Shown here in pieces: positions 61,433 through 64,000 of a stretch of DNA of 64,000 bases. The notes beneath the pieces are model-generated. The model ran no database searches, was not told where the DNA came from, and saw only the letters and a list, made by a program, of their open reading frames with translations. This DNA comes from Fidelibacterota bacterium. GTDB taxonomy: Bacteria; Fidelibacterota; UBA8477; JABMPR01. Made by a program: the position numbers and the translations under genes. The stretch spans positions 38,524 to 102,523 of the forward strand of contig JABHBL010000004.1 of assembly GCA_018673925.1 (NCBI GenBank), in the 5' to 3' direction. The stretch's first letter is position 1. Each line of letters opens with the position of its first letter.

Positions 61433-62637
61433 GTGATAAAAACACCAAGCGAACCATAGTTACACTCCCTGGAGACGGGATTGGCAAAACTGTTTTAGAG
61501 TCTGCCCTACAAGTGTTGGAGGCTGCTGGGTTTATTGCAGACTATGTTGAAGGTGATATTGGTTGGGAATTTTGGCGGGCAGAAGGAAACCCACTTCCGC
61601 GGCGTACCCTGGATCTCATTGCTGAGCATAAGATCGCACTATTTGGTGCCATTACATCTAAACCAAAAGATGAAGCCTTTGAAGAGCTTGCGCCAGAATT
61701 GAAATCATTAGGTCTAATATACGCCAGCCCCATTGTCGGTTTGCGCCAACATTTTGGGTTAGATATCTGTTTACGCCCTTGTCATTCCTATCATGGAAAT
61801 CCATTAAATTTTGTACGACGTGGTCGAGATGGGATCTTTGAAGAACCATCAGTTGATGTAGCGATATTCAGACAGAATACGGAAGGATTGTATGGGGGGG
61901 TGGAATGGAGTAATCCTCCTGATGATGTACATGATGCATTAATGACCCATCCTAAATTCAGCCAGAATTTTGGTGACACACCTATTGATGAGCTTTCTAT
62001 TTCTACTCGCATCTTCACAAAAAAAGCCACGGAACGAATCCTACGAGCTGCTTTTGAACATGCTAAAAAATATGAATATAAATCAGTGACCGTTTGTGAA
62101 AAACCCAACGTGATTCGAGAAACCTCTGGCATGATGTACAAAATGGCTCAGGAGATTCAGGCTGCTGATTTTCCAGGCATTGAGCTATGGAATACCAATA
62201 TCGATGCACAGATGATGTGGTTAACCAAAAACCCCGAAAATTATGATGTCATCGTGGCAGGTAATATGTTTGGGGATATTGTTTCTGATGGTTTTGCAGG
62301 TCTCATTGGTGGGTTAGGTTTTGCAGCAAGCGCACAGTACAATACAGATACAGGAATTGGAGTATTTGAGCCCACCCACGGTTCAGCTCCCAGGTATGCT
62401 GGTTATGCTACCTCCATTGTCAATCCCATTGCCATGATTGAGGCAGCCTGTATGATGCTTGATTTCATTGATGAACAAGCCATTGCTATCAAAATCCGGA
62501 AAGCCGTGGCTGAAATCATTGATGAGGGGGTTATACGTACCTACGATATGGCTCGGCTCACTGGCACTGCAGATGTCATCCATAGAGGTGCAGCTTCAAC
62601 TGTTGGCATGGCAGAGGCAATCATAGCCAGGCTTTAG
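61429..62637 (+). CDS. Isocitrate/isopropylmalate dehydrogenase family, probable homoisocitrate dehydrogenase
   Basis: 'PGDGIG', 'FGAITS', 'RQNTEGLY', 'KPNV', 'NMFGDIVSD', 'FEPTHGSAP'; same gene run as homoaconitase. Confidence 0.85.
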   Translation: MSDKNTKRTIVTLPGDGIGKTVLESALQVLEAAGFIADYVEGDIGWEFWRAEGNPLPRRTLDLIAEHKIALFGAITSKPKDEAFEELAPELKSLGLIYASPIVGLRQHFGLDICLRPCHSYHGNPLNFVRRGRDGIFEEPSVDVAIFRQNTEGLYGGVEWSNPPDDVHDALMTHPKFSQNFGDTPIDELSISTRIFTKKATERILRAAFEHAKKYEYKSVTVCEKPNVIRETSGMMYKMAQEIQAADFPGIELWNTNIDAQMMWLTKNPENYDVIVAGNMFGDIVSDGFAGLIGGLGFAASAQYNTDTGIGVFEPTHGSAPRYAGYATSIVNPIAMIEAACMMLDFIDEQAIAIKIRKAVAEIIDEGVIRTYDMARLTGTADVIHRGAASTVGMAEAIIARL

Positions 62638-62786
62638 CAATTATTTCTGAGGTCAGGGCATTTCGACCAGTCTACGCTCATGAGTTTCGACTAGGCCGGC
62701 AGACTCTATCTCCGGATATAAACTATCTATTATACATGTTTTAAGCACTTTTTGCGAAGATTGATATCTCCAAAGAAAATATCTAT

Positions 62787-62809
62787 TTAATAAATTAAGT
62801 ATTTATTAA
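62787..62809. promoter_or_regulatory. AT-rich inverted repeat, candidate operator
   Basis: TTAATAAAT-taagt-ATTTATTAA, about 30 nt upstream of the XRE regulator gene. Confidence 0.35.
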
Positions 62810-62838
62810 GTCATAATTTTTTATTTAATTCAAGCACT

Positions 62839-63393
62839 ATGATGGACTTGATGGGAGAACGGATAAAACGCAGGAGAGAAAAACTCCATATTCAAGCCAG
62901 TGATCTGGCCAAGTCAATTGGTGTTACAGCAAGTCTGATCTCTCAAATAGAGCGGGCTAAAGCGTTTCCTTCCATACTGACCCTAAAGAAGATTGCTGAT
63001 GCTCTGCACATTACGGTGGGAGCTCTCATCGGTGAGGAAAGCAGTCTCAACCAGCACCCACTTGTTCACACGAATGAGAAGAAATTTGTGAAAAAGAACA
63101 AAACGGGGACAAAATCATATCTTCTTTCTCACCATGACTCAGATAAAATTATGGATCCCTTCTTCCTGGATTTTCCGGTAAAGGGCAATTCAAATGATAT
63201 AATGACTACCAACAACCCCCGGCAGGAATACTGCTATGTAGTACGGGGAGCATTTGATGTGGTAGTTGGAGCTAATAGTTATTCAATAGAGGAAGGTGAC
63301 AGTTTTTACTTCACCTCAAAAGAACAGCATTTATTCACCAACACATACTCAGCCCACTCACAGTTGTTGTGGGTCGTAAATCAAAGCAGCTGA
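62839..63393 (+). CDS. XRE-family HTH + cupin transcriptional regulator
   Basis: 'GERIKRRR...LAKSIGVTASLISQIERAKAFPSILTLKKIADAL'; cupin 'EYCYVVRG...EGDSFYF...H'. Confidence 0.92.
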   Translation: MMDLMGERIKRRREKLHIQASDLAKSIGVTASLISQIERAKAFPSILTLKKIADALHITVGALIGEESSLNQHPLVHTNEKKFVKKNKTGTKSYLLSHHDSDKIMDPFFLDFPVKGNSNDIMTTNNPRQEYCYVVRGAFDVVVGANSYSIEEGDSFYFTSKEQHLFTNTYSAHSQLLWVVNQSS

Positions 63394-63426
63394 GCCCAGT
63401 TAATCACCAGAAACAGGAGTGATAAG

Positions 63427-64000
63427 ATGTCATCAGGAAACAACGATATGCAGATTTTTCAGCAGTCAGATATAGATGTACTTATGGATCGTCACGATCT
63501 TAGCCAGGAGAGTAGAGATACGATCAAAAATGAAAACCTGCTGCCACCGAGCATGCTCTCGCGGATGCACAATAGTTTTCCCCAACATTCCATATTGAAG
63601 CCTAATTATGGAGCACTTTTTACCCACGGGAAGAACAAATATTCGACCATTATCGGATTCAGGGAAGTCTGTGGTATTCTAAAAGAAAACGGTATAAAAC
63701 TCACAGAAATGAAAGAGCGAGAGCTCTTTGTAGAGGTTTATGCTTTTTTGGCTACCAAGCACATCCTGAATACCATCAATTGGAATAATTACCTGGAAGA
63801 TCCTGTCTTCCAGCTGGTCTTTCCTCAGCCAGGGATGATTGCTAAAGAAGTGGTTGATGAGTATAAATCCATTGAGGATGATGCTGAAAGAATGAAGATG
63901 GTCGTCAGTTATCGCGACAAAACCAATCCACATGATGGCAATCAGATTTTGAACCGTCCCTCTTTTTATGATGAGGAAGGTGGGCTTGAAGCCGTCGATG
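63427..64000 (+). CDS. KamA-like radical SAM (aminomutase-like) protein, N-terminal part (3'-truncated by window)
   Basis: AGGAG RBS; ATG 63427 open to the window end (absent from the ORF track). Translation contains 'INWNNYLEDPVFQLVFPQPGMI' and 'NPHDGNQILNRP'. The CxxxCxxC motif is not within the window. Confidence 0.65.
   Translation, partial: MSSGNNDMQIFQQSDIDVLMDRHDLSQESRDTIKNENLLPPSMLSRMHNSFPQHSILKPNYGALFTHGKNKYSTIIGFREVCGILKENGIKLTEMKERELFVEVYAFLATKHILNTINWNNYLEDPVFQLVFPQPGMIAKEVVDEYKSIEDDAERMKMVVSYRDKTNPHDGNQILNRPSFYDEEGGLEAVD

Overview
64-kb core-genome segment of a diderm bacterium. Gene content and order suggest the FCB group, possibly Marinimicrobia-like (inference). It carries about 60 CDS: partial lptD, upp, the dnaN-recF-dciA-gyrB-gyrA block (no dnaA upstream), yggS-divIVA-ssb, priA, rsmA-tatD-metG-ricT-holB-envC, MCM B12 domain/pccB, mutY, sppA, homoaconitase and homoisocitrate dehydrogenase-like genes, an XRE regulator and a partial KamA-like gene. 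I recognised no rRNA, tRNA, CRISPR array or transposase. The standout is a tightly coupled 8-gene minus-strand operon (2246-10784) with its own sigma70-type promoter. It encodes a MotA/MotB stator, a remodelled FliF-like ring protein on a long coiled-coil stalk, a FliG with a degenerate FliM-binding motif, a predicted outer-membrane barrel-TPR protein, two CpoB-like TPR proteins and a lipoprotein. No export, rod, hook, filament, FliM/N or chemotaxis genes occur in the window. This looks like a flagellum-derived, non-flagellar trans-envelope rotary machine. All calls come from motif recognition by eye; no database searches were run.
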